From positions 1 to 60,114 of the forward strand of contig JBGVIN010000106.1 in NCBI GenBank assembly GCA_045123255.1: DNA of 60,114 nucleotides, given 5' to 3'. This document shows positions 58,366 to 60,114 of the stretch, piece by piece. Below the pieces are notes generated by a model. The model searched no databases. It saw only the letters and a list, made by a program, of their open reading frames with translations, and was not told the origin of the DNA. A program made the position numbers and the translations under genes. The stretch comes from Eubacteriales bacterium (lineage in GTDB: Bacteria > Bacillota > Clostridia > Oscillospirales > CAG-272). Positions within the stretch are counted from its first letter, which is position 1. Every line of letters starts with the position of its first letter.

Positions 58366-59274
58366 TTAATGTTTCCAATCGTAAGGAGTTACCTGATATA
58401 CGTAGTAATTAAGCCAGTTTGAATAAATCAAATTAGCAACGGAATACCAGTTTGGCACAACCTTGGTTTTTTCCTCGTCCTTAAAGTAGTTTTCGGGTGG
58501 GTCGATGTCAAGACCCTTGCCAAGATCGCGGTAATATTCGTTTTTCAAGGTGTCCTTGTCGTACTCCATATGACCCATTAAGAAAATACGTCTGCCATCG
58601 CGTGAGCGGACAACCGATGCACCTATTTTGTCAGAGCCTGCAAGAATGAGAAGGTCGTCAACTGCACGAATCGCTTCAATATCAACGGTTGTGTGACGGG
58701 AGTGTGGCATATAAAACTCTTCGTCGGTTCCCTTCAAAATCGGGTCAAAATTTACAAACTTTTTGTGCTTAAAAACTCCAAAAAGCTTCTTTGGCAAAAT
58801 TTCCTTGTTTAATCCGTAGTAGTAATGAAGTGCCGCCTGCGCGCCCCAGCAAATAAAGATTGTGCTTTGAACGTTTTTGTTTGCAAAATCTAAAATTTCG
58901 GTAAGCTCGTGCCAATACTTAACCTCTTCGAACTCCATCATTTCAACAGGCGCACCCGTAATTATCATTCCGTCAAAGTTTTGATTTTTAACCTCTGAAA
59001 AGGTTTTATAAAATCTTTGAAGGTGACCAAGCGGCGTGTGCGTGCCAACATAGCTCTCCGTGCCGATAAGTGTAACCTTAATTTGTAGCGGTGAATTTGA
59101 AAGAAGTCTAATTAGCTGAGTTTCGGTTTCGATTTTCGTTGGCATAAGATTAAGAATTGCAATTTCAATAGGACGAATGTCCTGTGTCATCGCTCTTTGC
59201 TGTGTCATAACGAAAATATTCTCGCTAAGAAGTGTGTTGTATGCAGGAATGTCCTTTGGAATAATAATGGGCAT
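58366..59274 (-). CDS. metA: Homoserine O-acetyltransferase (MetA/HTS fold)
   Basis: ILNLMP, TGAPVE (Glu at the acyl-specificity position indicates acetyl), ICWGAQA, PHSRH, GHMEY. Confidence 0.93.
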   Translation of the reverse strand: MPIIIPKDIPAYNTLLSENIFVMTQQRAMTQDIRPIEIAILNLMPTKIETETQLIRLLSNSPLQIKVTLIGTESYVGTHTPLGHLQRFYKTFSEVKNQNFDGMIITGAPVEMMEFEEVKYWHELTEILDFANKNVQSTIFICWGAQAALHYYYGLNKEILPKKLFGVFKHKKFVNFDPILKGTDEEFYMPHSRHTTVDIEAIRAVDDLLILAGSDKIGASVVRSRDGRRIFLMGHMEYDKDTLKNEYYRDLGKGLDIDPPENYFKDEEKTKVVPNWYSVANLIYSNWLNYYVYQVTPYDWKH

Positions 59275-59317
59275 TTCTTTCTCCTTTATTTATAAAATTG
59301 CCGACCCTGTGTCTATT

Positions 59318-60114
59318 TTATACTCTATCAAGAGCGTTTTTAAGGTCTGATATTATATCGTCTGCGTTTTCGATACCAACCGAAAGACGAACCAAGTTAT
59401 CCTTAATTCCTATCGCTTCAAGGTCTGTGCTTGAAAGCTGACGGTGTGTGGTTGAAGCAGGGTGAAGAACGCAGCTGCGGCTATCTGCAACGTGAGTTAC
59501 GATAGCTATCATTTCAAGTCCTTCCATAAACTTAGATGCTTTTTCGCATCCGCCCTTAACGCCAAAGCTCATCATACCGCCCTGTCCGTTTGGCATATAT
59601 TTCTTTGCAAGCGCGTTATATTTATTGCTTTCAAGTGATGGATGAAGCACCCAATCAACCTTTGGATGGTTAGCAAGGAACTCTGCAACCTTCTTTGCAT
59701 TTTGGCAATGTCTTTCCATACGAAGTGCCAATGTTTCCATACCTAGGTTTGTAAGGAATGCGTTTTCAGGGCTCATTATTGCACCGAGGTCACGCATCAT
59801 CTGAACTCTGCACTTAACGCCAAACGCAGTTTTACCAAGGCTTGCATATACAAGGCCGTGATAGCTTTCGTCGGGTCTTAAAAATTCCTCATAACGGTTT
59901 GTCGCGGTGAAATCGAAGTTACCACCGTCAATAATGCAGCCACCAAGTGCAACCGCGTGTCCGTCAAGATATTTTGACGATGAATAAATTACAACGTTCG
60001 CGCCAAAATCAAGCGGACGGCAAAGCACAGGAGTAACAAGTGTGTTATCTACCATAAAAAGAACCTTATGGCGCTTTGCAATTCTTGCAATCTTCTCAAA
60101 ATCAAGCACAACTA
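59318..60114 (-). CDS. metY: O-acetylhomoserine sulfhydrylase, 5' end outside the window
   Basis: VDNT, SSSKYLDGH PLP lysine, RDLG..SP.NAF, HPASTTHRQL, LVRLSVGIE. Confidence 0.88.
   Translation of the reverse strand, partial: VVLDFEKIARIAKRHKVLFMVDNTLVTPVLCRPLDFGANVVIYSSSKYLDGHAVALGGCIIDGGNFDFTATNRYEEFLRPDESYHGLVYASLGKTAFGVKCRVQMMRDLGAIMSPENAFLTNLGMETLALRMERHCQNAKKVAEFLANHPKVDWVLHPSLESNKYNALAKKYMPNGQGGMMSFGVKGGCEKASKFMEGLEMIAIVTHVADSRSCVLHPASTTHRQLSSTDLEAIGIKDNLVRLSVGIENADDIISDLKNALDRV

Noticed and set aside
59318-60114. SAM riboswitch or T-box for metY-metA
   Set aside because: The 5' end and leader lie outside the window, so this cannot be assessed.

Overview
Chromosomal, mostly housekeeping window from a low-GC anaerobic Firmicute (Clostridia-like; the lineage is inferred from gene content only). 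It holds about 50 CDS and two tRNAs (Thr-TGT, Tyr-GTA). Core functions include citrate synthase, a four-subunit Na+-pumping oxaloacetate decarboxylase, nadE, alaS, mnmM-mnmE, feoAB/copA/DtxR-family metal homeostasis, rny, the rpmH-rnpA-yidD-yidC-jag and gdpP-rplI-dnaB blocks, pth-mfd and metY-metA. No prophage, CRISPR or intact IS was seen. The most interesting signals are non-genic. (1) Four loci carry arrays of short, variable hairpins joined by conserved 7-8 nt linkers, often as inverted arms with strand-tracking GNA triloops; one lies directly upstream of a four-helix-bundle + EEP nuclease islet behind the tRNAs. (2) A RAYT-type HUH transposase gene contains an inverted pair of GTAG-REPs inside its own coding sequence, bracketing the HUH motif. 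(3) The non-palindromic 9-10-mer (A)CCCTGTGTC is strongly over-represented (at least 11 copies counted by eye), in several reading frames and right after stop codons, like a Chi/KOPS/DNA-uptake signal. (4) A MITE-like element fills the pth leader, and the jag 3' end is duplicated around a REP-like element. The NadE glutaminase domain also appears to lack its catalytic Cys. All family assignments come from motif recognition; no database searches were run.
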